Shown here in pieces: positions 1 to 12,987 of a stretch of DNA of 64,000 nucleotides. How positions within the stretch are numbered: the stretch's first letter is position 1; every line of letters begins with the position of its first letter. A model generated the notes under the pieces. That model saw only the letters and a program-made list of their open reading frames with translations, ran no database searches and was not told the DNA's origin. Origin of the DNA: Amphiscolops sp. MND2022. Lineage: Eukaryota. Both the position numbers and the translations under genes were made by a program. The stretch is from assembly GCA_964187785.1 (NCBI GenBank), contig OZ076409.1, forward strand, positions 17,052,001 through 17,116,000, in the 5' to 3' direction.

Positions 1-531
1 CTTTGGCAAAAGAGATCAAGAATATCAGGGAGTCGGTATTCACACCATCAAGGCCGGCGAAAATGACACCTGAGAAACAAGTCCTCTTTGACGGATTCAA
101 TGTAATGACATTGTATGGTGAAACGCATGCAAAGTTTGGCTTGCAACTAGCTCGCAAAATTTGTGGCGAGGATGCTTTGGTGACACATATGATGGAACCA
201 ACAGGAGGCGCTGGTCGCCGATCACTGGATCAATCCAAAGTTGCGATTATTAAAGGTAAAGATCCAGTGTGTTTCAATAAATTCCTGACAAAACTCAACT
301 GTTCACTGTGTCGAATAACTCACCTCACGTTTTGACAGTTAATTTGTTTCTACTTCAGAAGCACTAGTTGCACGCTTCGGGAGCACCGCTGTGGTAATCG
401 ACCAAGCTCGAAGATCAATTAATCAATGGGGAATAGACGAAAAGGAACGTCGAGAAAGAAAAGCAGCAGAGGAAGTGGAAGAACAAATTCGAAATGCCCT
501 CGAAGCCGAACGAGATACCCGAAACCAATGA
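1..531 (+). CDS. 3' part of a spliced gene encoding a BEN-domain-like protein (exons <1-255 and 359-531), probably TE-borne
   Basis: The GT-AG intron 256-358 (AAAG|GTAAAG...TTCTACTTCAG|) restores the frame: LARKICGEDALVTHMMEPTGGAGRRSLDQSKVAIIK-EALVARFG...ARRSINQ, stop TGA 529-531. This resembles the BEN pattern 'L.R.LF..E.L.....G......LD..K...IK......F.......IN'. Confidence 0.6.
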
Positions 532-884
532 ATGAAACTTTCCATAGGACTGGAACCTATAATCAATCATAGCTGCTATGATGTTTTATTTTAGTTTTCG
601 AAAAGTTATTCTCGTTTGTCAAGAAGTCCACTTGTTTTTCATTCATCCACAAAAATCAAGGCTTCCATGGTGAAGTGCAGGCTTTTTTCGTTTCCGGGGA
701 AAAATCGTATATGCTGTTATGAAAGCCTATCATGTTCGACATTACCGGTTCAAAAAGTCTATGGTGGACAGGATGAAAATTAAGTTTGTTAATGGTTTCT
801 CCCTTCAAAGATACGAACTTTCGATAATCAATGGCTCTTTTATCGTGTTTGTCGTTATGAGTCTTTAATTAGCTGTTTTTTCTG

Positions 885-1950
885 CTCAGCCAATGCGGAA
901 CAGTCTGTCTGAGTTGATAGCATATGCGAAACAGCTATGCTGGTTTTGTCACCTCATGGAAACTAATTTCGTCATTTTTTTTGCTTTTCACTGTTTCAGT
1001 TATTCCTTATCGATCATTAATCCTTGTAATTGAACTTTTGAAACTAACCATTTTGCATCTAATCTTGGTTTTGCCTAAGTGCTCAATCAGTGCGGAACAG
1101 TCTGATTGTGAAAAAGGATTGTGCGGAACAGCCAATCTTTTAATAGAACTGGTTTTGTTCATCTGAGTATTGAATGCAACCTAATAATGAAATTACATAA
1201 CCGTTTTTTCGCTATTTTCTGTAATTTTTTGCTTTTTACTGTTTCAGTTATTCCTCATCGATCATTAATTCGTGTAATTGAACTTTTAATACTAATCACT
1301 TTTCATCTAATCTTGGTATTGCTTAAGTGCTCAATCAGTGCGGAACAGTCTGATTGTCAAAAAGGATTGTGCGGAACAGCCAATTTTTCAATAGAACTGG
1401 TTATATTCATCTGAGTATTGAATGCAACATAATGTAATTATATGACCGTTTTTCGCTCTTTTCTTTAATTTTTGCTTTTCAATGTTACAATTATTCCTTA
1501 TCGATCATTAATCCATGCATTTGAACATTTAATACTAATCATTTTTCATCTAGCCTTGGCATTGCTCAAGTGCTCAATCAGTGCAGAACAGTCGGATTGT
1601 GAAAAAGGAGTGTGCGGAACAGCCAATCTTCTAATAGAAGTGGTTTTATTATTCTGGGCATTGAATGCAACATAATGAAATTACATAACCGTTTTTTCGC
1701 CCTTTTCTGTAATTTTTTGCTTTTCATTTTCAATTATTCCTTATCGATCATTAATCCATGTATTTCAACATTTGATACTAATCATTTTTCATCTAGTCTT
1801 GGTATTGCTTAAGTGCTCAATCAGTGCGGAACAGTCTGATTGTGAAAAAAGATTGTGCGGAATAGCCAATCTTTTAATAGAAGTGGTTTTATTGTTCTGA
1901 GCATTGAATGCTACCTAATGAAATTACATGACAATTTTCGCTATTTTCTG
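885..1950 (+). repeat. Tandem repeat, ~243-249-bp unit, ~4 copies
   Basis: GCTCAATCAGTGCGGAACAGTCTGATTGTGAAAAAGGATTGTGCGGAACAGCCAAT recurs at ~1081, 1329, 1572 and 1815, with a shorter diverged unit at ~885. Confidence 0.95.
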
Positions 1951-2051
1951 TTAGTAATGTCTTTTGGTGCCAAAGTGACAAAGGTCAAAAAGATCACTGC
2001 CAGGAGTAAGACGGTAGAGGAGAATGCACAACTCAGAGAAGCGGTAAAAGG

Positions 2052-3246
2052 TGTGACATCCTTGAATGTCTTCGAATTAGAGAACCATTCTCTCTCCATC
2101 ACAGGTCGCGGATCCAAAACTCTATGCTTTTGTTTTGTGGCTAACGGCGAGTAGCAATGTCTTCTGCAACGGATCAAGTTTAGTTGAAAGTCACCATTTC
2201 TTAGGCCTTAGATTTTCGTTTAATGCTCTACCATACTTTAAAAAATAGTTGCTTGGTTGCTATAAATTCAATTTGTAGAAAACGTTTTTGTTCGATATCC
2301 AAAACCATGCAAGGGCTAGGTTAAGGCTCTAGTTTCTGGGAATTTTTTTCGATGCATTCCAGAAAGTTGAGCATTCGATATTGTAGACTTGAATACTATC
2401 GAACGAAGCTTTACTATAGGTTTTTACTTTGTTTAAATTTTGTAACCCAATTAGGTCAACGTCATCGTCAATCATTGAATGTCTCCTGTTATGTTTCAGA
2501 AGGTTTTACCTGGAACTAATTCCATTGGGTTAGCATCTGGCACTCAGCTGGTACGAAGCAACCTTGGAAGCTGGCGCTGTTCAATTTCTGGACTTCTCCA
2601 AACTGTCGGAAGCTTCATTGTTGGAATGACATCCTTCAATGTCTTCGAACTAGGTTACTATTCTCTCTTCATTACAGCTCACGGATCCGAAACAAAATTC
2701 TCTTTGTGCTTTTGTTATGTTTTGTGGCTAACGGAGCGCAGCAATAGGCATTTTCTGCAGCGAATCAAAGTTTAGTTGAAATAGTTACCATTTCTTAGGC
2801 CTTAGAGTGTCGTTTTTTTTTGCTCCACCATGCTTTGAAAAAATGGTTGCTTTGTTACGCTATAGATTCAATTTGTAGAAAACGTTTTTGTTCGATATCC
2901 AAAACCATGAAAGGGCTAAGTTAAGGCTCTAGTTTCTGGGAATTTTTTTCGATGCATTTTAGAAAGTTGAGCATTCGATATTGTAGACTTGAATACTATC
3001 GAACGAAGCTTTAGGTTTTTACTTTGTTTCAATTTTGTAACCCAATTAGGTCAACGTCATTGTCAATCATTGAATGTCTCCTGTTATGTTTCGGAAGGTT
3101 TCATCTCGCCCAAATTCCATTGAGTCAGTATCTGGCACTTAGCTGGTACGAAGCAACGGTGGAAGATGGCGCGGTTCAATTTCTGGACTTCTTCAAACTG
3201 TCGGAAGCTCCGTTTTTGGAGTGGCATCCTTCAATGTCATCGAATT
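2052..3246 (+). repeat. Tandem duplication, ~575-595-bp unit, 2 copies
   Basis: GACATCCTT(G/C)AATGTCTTCGAA occurs at ~2055, ~2628 and ~3223. The block 2268-2420 is nearly identical to 2868-3015. Confidence 0.92.
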
Positions 3247-4035
3247 AGTGACATCGTTTCTTCAATACTGCCCACTGTTCCAAAACTGATTTTTTTATTC
3301 TGTATAGTTTCGTCTTTCTTGATTTTATTTTGAATATTTCACCAAAGAACATTATTTCTCCTTTTTTTTCACTTGAGTCGAGAAGTGCTCAGGTACAGGC
3401 TATCAAAATGAATCCAGAATGAAAACGTAAACGCTGCAGAAATCGGTATCGATCTTCAAGATTCAGTGCAACGATCTGTGCAGAACCCTGTACAAAAAAT
3501 CCTGTAGATCTTTACAGATTTGCAAAGATCGAAAACCTGGGCAGTCATCAAATCGCGTTAAAAACTATAAACTTTTACTCTTGTAAATTGATATCTTGCT
3601 AATGTTACTTCAAAAGCTTCGTTTTCTCTAAAATACAAATCTCTTTTATCGTCTTTGTTCCTGGAGTTAATATGAGGAGAGAAGCCCTAAAGCCTCCCAG
3701 AAACTCCTAATGAAAATAAAAAATTCTACCGCTCTGCTAAATTCAGTTGCCATATGACACACTAGCATATCATTTCCCAAGGAAATATTCAATGCTTAAA
3801 GTTGCGCGAACTTTTCCAACAGGACAAAAACAACAACAGGGTTAGGCCAACCTTGGAATTTGGTTTCGCGATAGGTCGAGAGGGTCAAATATTGAGGACA
3901 TCAATGATTCCGGAAAAAAATGTTGACGCCAATTTAAATCTTGGATAAAATCATCACCTTAAAGGTCTCGTGGTTCAGTTGCAAAGCCCGCAAATATGAC
4001 ACAGCCTTTTCAGATGTTGAACTGACATAACTTAC

Positions 4036-4254
4036 AATTCTATTGCGGTCTCCGACAGTGAAGAAATTGTGAACACCTCCCATGTTTCCGATCGCGAACC
4101 TGTCTTTGCGTGCCTCGGTGAAGACAGCAGTGAAGTAGCAGTAAGGGTCTTGCTCGTCCGGGACTGTTTGGGGGAATTCGAAAGGTTCGAAGACACCGGG
4201 CACCCTCTCCCAAAGGGAGCCCAAAAAGCCCCTTTGGGGGACTGTGTCACACTT
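4036..4254 (-). CDS. Anoctamin/TMEM16-family gene, internal exon (KCDTVPQRG...FTAVFTEARKDRFAIG...FFTVGDRNRI); gene continues left of the window
   Basis: Acceptor TTTCAG| at 4255 and donor |GTAAGT at 4035; 219 nt, phase 0. It matches the anoctamin 'FTA.F...K...F.I.....FF....R.RIV' motif. Confidence 0.88.
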
Positions 4255-7200
4255 CTGAAACCAAACTCATTTTAACTAATCACAGAGGACATGGAATAAA
4301 GCATGGAAGCGTCCATGGACTAGCATGAAAACACCTGCGATATTCTATAATATCGAGCTGATCATAGACAACAGAAATTCACACAATACATTCGTGACGA
4401 CTAGATTTCGACATTAGCAGTGGTCTGGTTGCTTCAACGACTTAGAAACAACCATTGTCGTAATTTGTCGCAATTGGAACAAAAGGACGAAATGATTCAG
4501 ACAGTATTTTGGGCAATGACCATTTTTGGTTACTTGACAAAATTCTATTGTCAACGTGGGTCAATTTCGGGCAAATTTCTGCAATGTATGGAGCTAACAA
4601 TCATTTGGGTGTGAATGGAATAAGCATCATGACAGCCATCAAAGCAGGTGTTTTCAAAGCTTATAAAAATGAACTAAAAAGAAACAGAAAAATAATTATC
4701 ACATTTTATAATACAGATAAATAACGCAAAAATTTTCAATCAGTCATTACTTTAACGTCTACATTCTCTCGAACGTGCATTTCTAGAACACTAACGAAAT
4801 ATCACTGCACCACTAATGCAGTGCTTGTTCGCCACAACACCTCCACGAACTAGTATTATTTGCATCTGATCGTAAACTACTTAGTCCTAGATCTAATATA
4901 TCTACACGCCATGCATCTTTAGGGATAGTCGAGTCTTAGAAAATATGTGAAATAGAAATTTTGAATATTACCAAAAATAAAATTTTTTCGCAATAAAACT
5001 GGAAAGTATAAATTTATATTACTCGCCACTTTAGAAACCGTTTAGTGCAAAAAGTGCGAATCTTAGAGAAATTTTCTTCAGCCAACTTTGTCAATGTCTT
5101 TGGTCAATTGAATTGGTCAAAATTTATATTTAACAGCTCAAAGCAGCGACATTTTCCAACTGAACAAAAAGCCTTCAGAGACAAACTGAACAACGCAAAA
5201 CATGGTATACGGCGATGCTCCATCTATTTTTATTGAATTCAAATATCGAATAATTTGTAAATTTATGATGAATAATTCACATTTGTTTCGAACTTTTAAC
5301 AATTTATCTTTTTTCAAGATTTTCCCATTCAAAAAAGGACACAAAATTGAGATAGGTGACAGACACAGATACATGGACAGAAAAGCACTAACACCTTTAT
5401 CGTGATCTTCACACAAACTAAAACATGTAGATAACTTCAGGGTTGAAGTTGCGTTAATTTCTCTCCACTCAGACAAAATGATCATTCGAGATACATACTT
5501 AAAAAACCAAGTTTGACTATGGTTTTTGAACAATTCCAATACATGAATGCCAGTCGATGAGTTTGAATTATCAGCTCAAGATTCGAAATGAGAACATTCG
5601 GCGCCACGTGAAATATAGGGTAGCCGTTCGCATAATCGAACGTGCCTAAGAGCGAACATGAAGCCGATCTCAAATCTGATTGGACGACGAAATAAGCAAC
5701 TGCTATACGAACGGCTACCGAAGCCACCTTGCTGGATTCAGATAACATCCTTGTTCAATTCTGCTCGCCACTGCTAGTAATGAGTACGTAATCTGCAGAT
5801 GTCAGCTGTATAATTTCGGTTTCAAATTCTTTCGCCCTGAAGATCGTTCGGCTAAACATACCATCGAAATGTAGACCAATTGTAGAAATATCTTCTCGCC
5901 GGACCGGACAAAATAGTTGTACGTGCGTTCGGTTCGTTGCTTGTAAATTTCAAGCCGGAGTGTCTAAAGGTTAAAGCGGGTAGTTTCCACATGGGTATCA
6001 GAATAAACCCATTTTACCGCCATGCCGACTTATTCACAACTTTTTATATAATTTTGAAAATTACATTTACGGTTCAAACGTCAATATCAACCGGAAAAAG
6101 TTCCGCAGAAACGAAATGACGTACATGATACAACCGATGAATTTGAGCTTCTTAGATTCATAGAATAGTTGATTTCCGAAAACCAGGAAAATAAAAAAAC
6201 TTCAATATAACGTATCAAACAGATTATCAGATTAGATTATACGTAACCAACCATTTGGGTCGAGTTACCTGAAAATCACTCCCAGTCTTCAAATAGAAGA
6301 TCAGGTTCTCGAAAAGATAAACTTTTACCGAAGTTCGTATTCAAAAAACATCTGCATTTCAAAAGACAAACTGTATCATGATCCAACATGGCTGAGCTAC
6401 TCTCAGAGATTTGTATTCCGGACTAACGATAACTTTTCAACCATTCAACTTGGTCCTTGATGAAAAAATATCATCCTTGTACACTTCAGCACCTTTCACA
6501 ATGTTACAATAAGTTGTCTTTCATGAGTCACAGTCAAAAAACAGTCCTAAATTCTAATCTAACTAAAACTGAAGTAACTTCAGCTGATTGAGTGCAATCG
6601 CTATCCACTAACGTTATCTGACTTTTTCTCACGTTAGCAAAATGCATTCGCTTTCTCGTAATGACAGAATTATCAAATTCGTGCAGCTTGAAATGTTGAA
6701 AGTGTGAAGGAAATTCCATAAAACGATTTCAATTTTCTCGGCTCATACTAAAAACGAATGAAAAAATTGTTAATACTGTACAAAAATTTTCTGTCTCGGA
6801 TTTTAAGAGATAGAGAATACGGTCAATGATTATTCTAAGAACAAACGAGCTCAAAGTCGGCAGCAAGTCATTAAAAGAACAAAACGAGACATGAACGCGA
6901 GTTAGCATTTAATCGTGCAAATTATCAAATCGCGAAGGGCTTCAGCAGAAACCACCGAACTTGAACAGTCAGAATTTAACAAAGACATGTATCCTAGGTG
7001 GTAGGTGGGGGTTGGCGAGGGCAGGGCTTTTAATTAAGGGTGCAAGCTAGGTAGTGATGTACATTTTACCCAGGATTTTTCTTCAGTCTAAAGAATGTTT
7101 CGAAATATTAAAGGAAAACAGAATGAATCAACAATTTTTGACCACATTCAGAATCCATTTATCTTGAAACTTCAGGTCGAAGCTTCAAAAACGGCCGTTA

Positions 7201-8069
7201 CATCGAAATATCGTGTTGCTTTTCTACAAGTGACTTTCACACCGCAAAATCAAAATTTGAGCTTTTTGCTTCCCATCAAAGTTGGCATTCTTTGGCAGAA
7301 CTATTTCAACAAAATTTGGGAATAAAACTATATATTATAAATGACACGTTAAAAATAATCGTATGAATGTACAACACTCGGTCTAGGTATGCAAACAGGT
7401 AATAATATTAATAATCATCATCATCATCAATGACACGACAAGGGGCAACGGAAAAGGTCTGATTACAGCAATGAAAGCAGTATTACCTCCTGCAATGTCA
7501 AAACAAAACATAAATGAGACGAGAATTAGTTAAGATGGCCGTACCTGTACCTGGTTAGGAAAGGTTGATGTGTGTTTTGTTGTGTTCATGATGAAAAATA
7601 GCAAGTAGATAGTTAGGCAATCAGGGAAGAGAGAGTCCAAAGTCAGCATGGGCAAGATACTACGTACACAACAACGTACAATACAAGTCCAGTGGCTCTT
7701 CATCAATTTTAGTTGCCAATTTGGGTCAGAGACTTTTGTAGCCGCACTTAATAAGTAACAAGCCAGGAAGGTCTATAGTCGGCATTCAGAAAATGTCTAT
7801 TGTCGGAAAATGTAGAACAATTATTGGGGAATCCTCAAGGTCTTAGGCAAAAAGTTTGCAAAAAGCGGACCATTCAGATACATTTCGAAGTCAAACTTCT
7901 AAAACTGACGCCCCGAGAAAGACTCAAAAAGCGCTGAGTATTTTAGCTATTCATAGGCAACCTTCAGGCTCCAGAACTGCGTTCCTCAACTTAGAACACG
8001 AACACGAAAAAGTAACCAGAGCCGCATATGCGGTAAAGGAGTCGGCTTAATTCTTTTTCCTTCTAACTC

Positions 8070-8542
8070 GCTTTCGTTCGAATCGTATGAACAGTTTGTG
8101 AGAAAATCGAAACAATCGAAAAATGACTGTTTTTTTGGCCATTTTTGGGCTAAATTTGGCTATGTTTCTCACATCCCAGCCATACGAATTTAATGAAATT
8201 GCACATAAAGGACCATAATATGGGGTAGAATGACGGTAGAAAATTTCGTTCGAATCGTATGGACAGTTTTTGAGAAAATCGAAAAAAAATCGAAAAATGA
8301 CTGTTTTTTGGCAATTTTTGGGCTAATTTTGGCTATGTTTCTCACATCCCAGCCATACGATTTTGATGCCTTTGCACACGCAGGGGCCCCTTTGGGTGTA
8401 GAATGACTGTGCAAAATTTCGTGAAAATCGTATGGACAGTTTTTGAGAAATTTGAAATTTTCATGAAAAGGTCGGGAGAAAAAACAAAAAAAAACAGCAC
8501 GATTGCATAAGTAGTCGAAAATTTTTTCCGAGTCCTAAAAAA
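8070..8542. repeat. Non-autonomous repeat with internal tandem duplication
   Basis: CGTTCGAATCGTAT(G)GACAGTTT...CTCACATCCCAGCCATACGA occurs twice (8075-8188, 8247-8360) plus a partial third copy. The end (TAGTCG...CCGAGTCCTAAAAA) resembles the HINE-like termini elsewhere in the window. Confidence 0.6.
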
Positions 8543-9499
8543 TCAAAACTTGAACTAAAGAAAATTTGATATATCTATACGCTACTGTTAATTCATTATA
8601 TAGCGCACAATTAATCACTGTACCGTCTTTGATTCTTTATACAGAGTATGGCGCTGGAAATTCAATAAACGGATATTCAAAATTTAAACCGCTCGGCAGC
8701 AGCTTGTGATTGGATGATTAAACAAGACGCCCGCTGACCAGCAGGATATTTTCCGTCCAAACTGTTCAAGCAAGGACATATTTTTGAGACTCAAGAGTAG
8801 CCATTACACTATGAAAACGCTTAGAGGTTTGATGGAAAAAGGTTTGACACTTTTTGAATAATGTTAGCCATTTCAGAAGGAAACACTTTAAAAAGACACC
8901 AAACACCTATTTGTTTTTTCGTCAGATTGTGTGTAACCTAACCAATCAAATTTTCTTTAAATTTGCTTGAAGTTGCCAAAAATGTCAAAAATTGTAGATT
9001 TTTGCTTTTCAACAACTTTGCGGTCATTTGAGGAACTTTTATAAGAAACTGTAGATGTCTTCTGAAAAACGCTTTTTGAATAACGGGTCCACTCATTCTT
9101 GAATCACAAAATTATTCGAAACGTTTACATAAAAGTATATCAACATTTCAAAAAAACGGATTTTCGCTAAAGTTCAAATCATTCTGACGAACTTTCTGCA
9201 TACAAAATTGTATATTTCTTCTTTGGACATTCTGCATGCCTACTCAAAAAATTTAGACTTTTAGAATATTACGAAAATTTGGTAAGTTTCAATAGAAATT
9301 CACTAATTTGTCAAACAACTGCCAAAACTTTTTTCGACTATTATGGGGTTTTTTCTAACGTGAAACAGCAATTCACCTGCAAAAAACCTACTGAACAACG
9401 CATTCGTTCGCTTTTGAGGGTTTTTCTTCCAACGATGGAAACTTCTCAAAAAAATCGGAACTTTGTATAAGAAACGTTGAATTTAGACATTTTATATCG

Positions 9500-11350
9500 G
9501 ACTAATCAGGGCCACTTTTGAAGTACTTTTGAAGCTAAATACTGCAACTCTCTTTAAAATAGCATACTGGATAGCTAGTTTCATCGTGTTTGAGTGTTTT
9601 GAACTTTCTTGGTCACAGAAACTTTCAAAAATTGAACACAAACTGCAGGAAAAACGACAAACTTGAAAAATTTCTGATGTAAAAGACTGTAATTTTCTCT
9701 TCAGAATGGAAACTACATACCTGATTCTATCACCTCGGAATGTTTTGAACCATCTAACTTACCATTATTCTCAAAAATGATACTCAAATAACATGAAGAA
9801 CCTACATAAACTGGAATTTTTAGGACTTTTCGACAATTTTTGTGTCAATTTAAAGCTTAATTTTTTATCAGAAACTGGCACATATCCCATCAAAAAGCCT
9901 ACAAGAGAACGCCTTCAGTTGTTTTTGAACCGTTTCAGAGTTTTGATCCATGAAAAGGTTGAAGATTTTACAAAAGTTGCGTTGGAAAATACAAAATTGT
10001 AAAAAAAAGAAAGATTTGTTGACTATTTCGTGGTCCTTGTTGCAATTTTTTTTAAACAAAACTGCATTTATCTCCGCAAACAACCCTATAGGACAACGAA
10101 ATCATTCGCTGTTGATCGTATTCAACGTTTTGATCCACGAAATCTCTAGAAATTTGACAAAAGTTGCATAAAAAGGTGAAAAATTGGTACATTTTGAAGT
10201 TTTCGTCATTTTTGGTCGCAAATTGTGCATTTTTTCATTAAAAAATTTGTGAACTTCTTAACAAAAGCCTCTCTAACAACGAATTTGTTCCTTGTTGAAC
10301 GTCTTTAATTTTTTAAGCCATTAAGTTTTTCGAAAAGTAGTCAAAAGCATGAAATTTTCAAAAACCTGAATTTTTTGGAATTTTTGTCAATTTCGGTCTG
10401 AATTTGATGCATTTTTCCAGAACAAATTGCTTTTACCTCTTCAAAAAAGCACCCGGACAACAAATTGTTTCCTTGTGGAACGTCTGTGGGATTCTAAGCC
10501 ACTAAGTCTTTAGAAAAATACACGAAAATTGAATAAAATTTTCAAAAATCTGAACTTTTTAGTTTTTTTGTCAATTTTGTTGTGAATTTGATGCATTTTT
10601 CCAGCACAAATTGCTTTTACCTCTTCAAAGAAGACTCCCGGACAACGATGTTTTCCTTGTTGAGCGTCTTTCACATTCTAAGCCACCAAGTCTTTCGGAA
10701 AAGACAAAAATTGCATAAAATTTTCAAAAATGTGAATTTTCAAGTATTTTTGTCAATTTCGGTTTGAATTTGATGCATTTTTTCTAGCAGAAATTGCTTT
10801 TATACCTTCAAAGAAGCCTCTCGGGCAACGAATTTTTTCTTGTTTGAACGTCTTTGACAAAGTTTCTGGGATTTTTGTCATTTTCAGTCTGAATTTGAGG
10901 CATTTTTACAAATCAAATTGCATTTATAACTTCGACGACGCCTTTTGGACAACAAAATCTTTCCTTGTTGAATGTTTTTAACTTTCTAAGCTAGCAAGTG
11001 TATCAAAATTTTGACAAAAATTGCATAAAAACGGTAATAATCCGAACTTTTTGGAAGTTTTTTCAATTTCGATCGCAATTTGAGGCATTTTTTCTTTATA
11101 AAGTTGCATTTATTCCTTTGAAAAAGCCTCTTGGATAACGAAATTTTTCTCTTTCAACATTCAAAGCCACAAAATCTATCGAAAATTTGACAACATTTGC
11201 ATAAAAACGGTAAAAATCGGAAAATTTTGCAGTTTTAACTATTTTCGGGTCATTTTTGGGGTCTTCGGGGTCAACCAAAAAAGTCCAAATCTCCACAAAT
11301 ACATACCACATGATGCTAATTTTACATCAACTGAATTCTACGGGTGAAAC
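9500..11350. repeat. Degenerate tandem array (~177-bp unit), probably the interior of a non-autonomous DNA transposon
   Basis: GAATTTGATGCATTTTT...AAATTGCTTTTA...CTTCAAAGAAG...GGACAAC recurs at ~10400, 10585, 10766, 10891 and 11077. Confidence 0.75.
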
Positions 11351-11440
11351 CCTTTAGCTTTGAGATAAATGAATTATTGGCAAATTTATGAACGGAAAAT
11401 AATAAAAATAGATAATAAACTTTTCACAAATAACCATTCA

Positions 11441-11897
11441 GGTTACAGGTCTTAATACCAGAGGTCATAAAATCACAAAGTCAAATTACCAGACGGTCAA
11501 ATTACTAGACGGTCAAAATACCAGATAGAAAAATAAAGTTTTAGTGAAATAAAAATATCGGTATAAAATGATTTCAGTGCTTTCAGGCTCGAAAGTATTA
11601 CAATAACTAGTTATTGACATATCAAGAAAGGGACCATTTACTAATTTATGTTTATCAACTCGTAGACATTAGTTGCAACAATTAGAAATGAATAATCTAG
11701 CTCTAAATGATTCTTTTATTTACGGTATTAGAAAGAAATAATAATCATACTTCACGTGGTACGTTACTTGGTTTCCTAATCCTCTGGTATTTTGACCATG
11801 TGGTAATTTGACCATGTGGTAATTTGACTCTGTGGTTTTATGATCTATGGTTTTTCGACCTCTGGTATTTCGACTTGCGGCATATTGACCTGACACC
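11441..11897. mobile_element. MITE with 9-bp TSD (Mutator-like)
   Basis: TSD AACCATTCA at 11432-11440 and 11898-11906; termini GGTTACAGGTC / GACCTGACACC; inverted arrays of GGTCAAATTACCA subterminal repeats. Confidence 0.85.
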
Positions 11898-12885
11898 AAC
11901 CATTCAAGATTAGCATACCCTTTTATCATGCTACTGGAGAGATAGAAAGAATGAAAATACTATGCGCTGTTTCGCATAGCATAGTGGCGCAAACTTCCAA
12001 CCGTAATTACACGCTGTATGCGATCAGTGTCAGCTGAGAGATTACCAAAATTGAATGTCAATTTTTGGAATTTTGAATGTCTATTTAGAAAATTCAATCT
12101 TTTACCTGATTGCTTCTTAAATTTTGAATTTTCAGCGTCATACACTGTAATTATTAACAAACTAGTTCACATCACCTTTGATTGCAACATTAACACTAAA
12201 ATGAGCAAAAATTCTTTCCGTTTACCAATCCAAAAACATGAAGCAAGATACTGTGTAGGACGTTGAAAATTTGCAAAACGACATTCATGTAATTATGAAC
12301 AGGTATGTTGGACGAATCTTGGACTATAACGTTAAAGTAATTAACACTCATTCGTTTCATCTCAATAAAAGCGGTTATGAAAACAAAACTAGCGGTCCTG
12401 TAGTGACGACAAAATGGAATGATTGAAGTCTGGAAAATTAGCAGGTACGGTTTTTAGAACATTCCAGCCTATGAAAAGTAGAGAAAAATGAACCAACGCG
12501 GGATTCGAGCCGATAAACTCACGTTCCCCAGCGACACATGGTAAACGCTAGGCTAATTGACAGTTCAAGTGAACAAAGTCTATTGAAAAGCACTTTAGTT
12601 TAAACTTTCTATTTTCCTGAATTTAAAGCAACTTTTAAATGCTCTCAGTGATGTATGTCATCGCTGACAAAAGTATTTTCATTGGACAAAACTGTTGTAC
12701 CAGAGTCAATCATACAGAATTTCAAATACTTTTGATTTAGCTGCTGGCACTTTATCGCAACCCGTTTGATCAACATTCGATTGAGTTGCTATCATTCATC
12801 AAAGAACCACTGGACTTAGGGTCATAAGACTACTTTTATTCAGAAAATATTGACCAAAAAGATGAAAGGTACGAAAGGTACGAAC

Positions 12886-12987
12886 TTGAAGTGGCATCTT
12901 CATTCTAAGAATTTCACACCATTTCAGCAGCAGGTCATCGGGTGCATGGCAAAGCGTGAACACCAAATCTGAGGATCCTTTGCCCTT
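12886..12987 (-). CDS. Anoctamin/TMEM16-family gene, internal exon (KGKGSSDLVFTLCHAPDDLLLKWCEILRMKMPLQ)
   Basis: Acceptor TTTCAG| and donor |GTTCGT; 102 nt, phase 0. It matches the anoctamin 'F.K.HAP...L...AE.L..KMP' motif. Confidence 0.9.

Noticed and set aside
885..1950. Regularly spaced repeats as a CRISPR array, or the hydrophobic ORFs as membrane peptides
   Set aside because: Whole 243-bp units repeat with no unique spacers, there are no cas genes and the context is eukaryotic. The ORFs are by-products of T-rich repeat sequence with shifting frames.
5480..6030. GC-balanced stretch with a possible minus-strand coding remnant, or an extra anoctamin exon
   Set aside because: All frames contain stops and no recognisable motif. 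The flanking anoctamin exons already join in frame without it.
7400..8050. Possible 3' end of a LINE on the minus strand with a (TGA)/(TTA) tail
   Set aside because: Only a vague Cys-Pro remnant and a short microsatellite; not enough to support a call.
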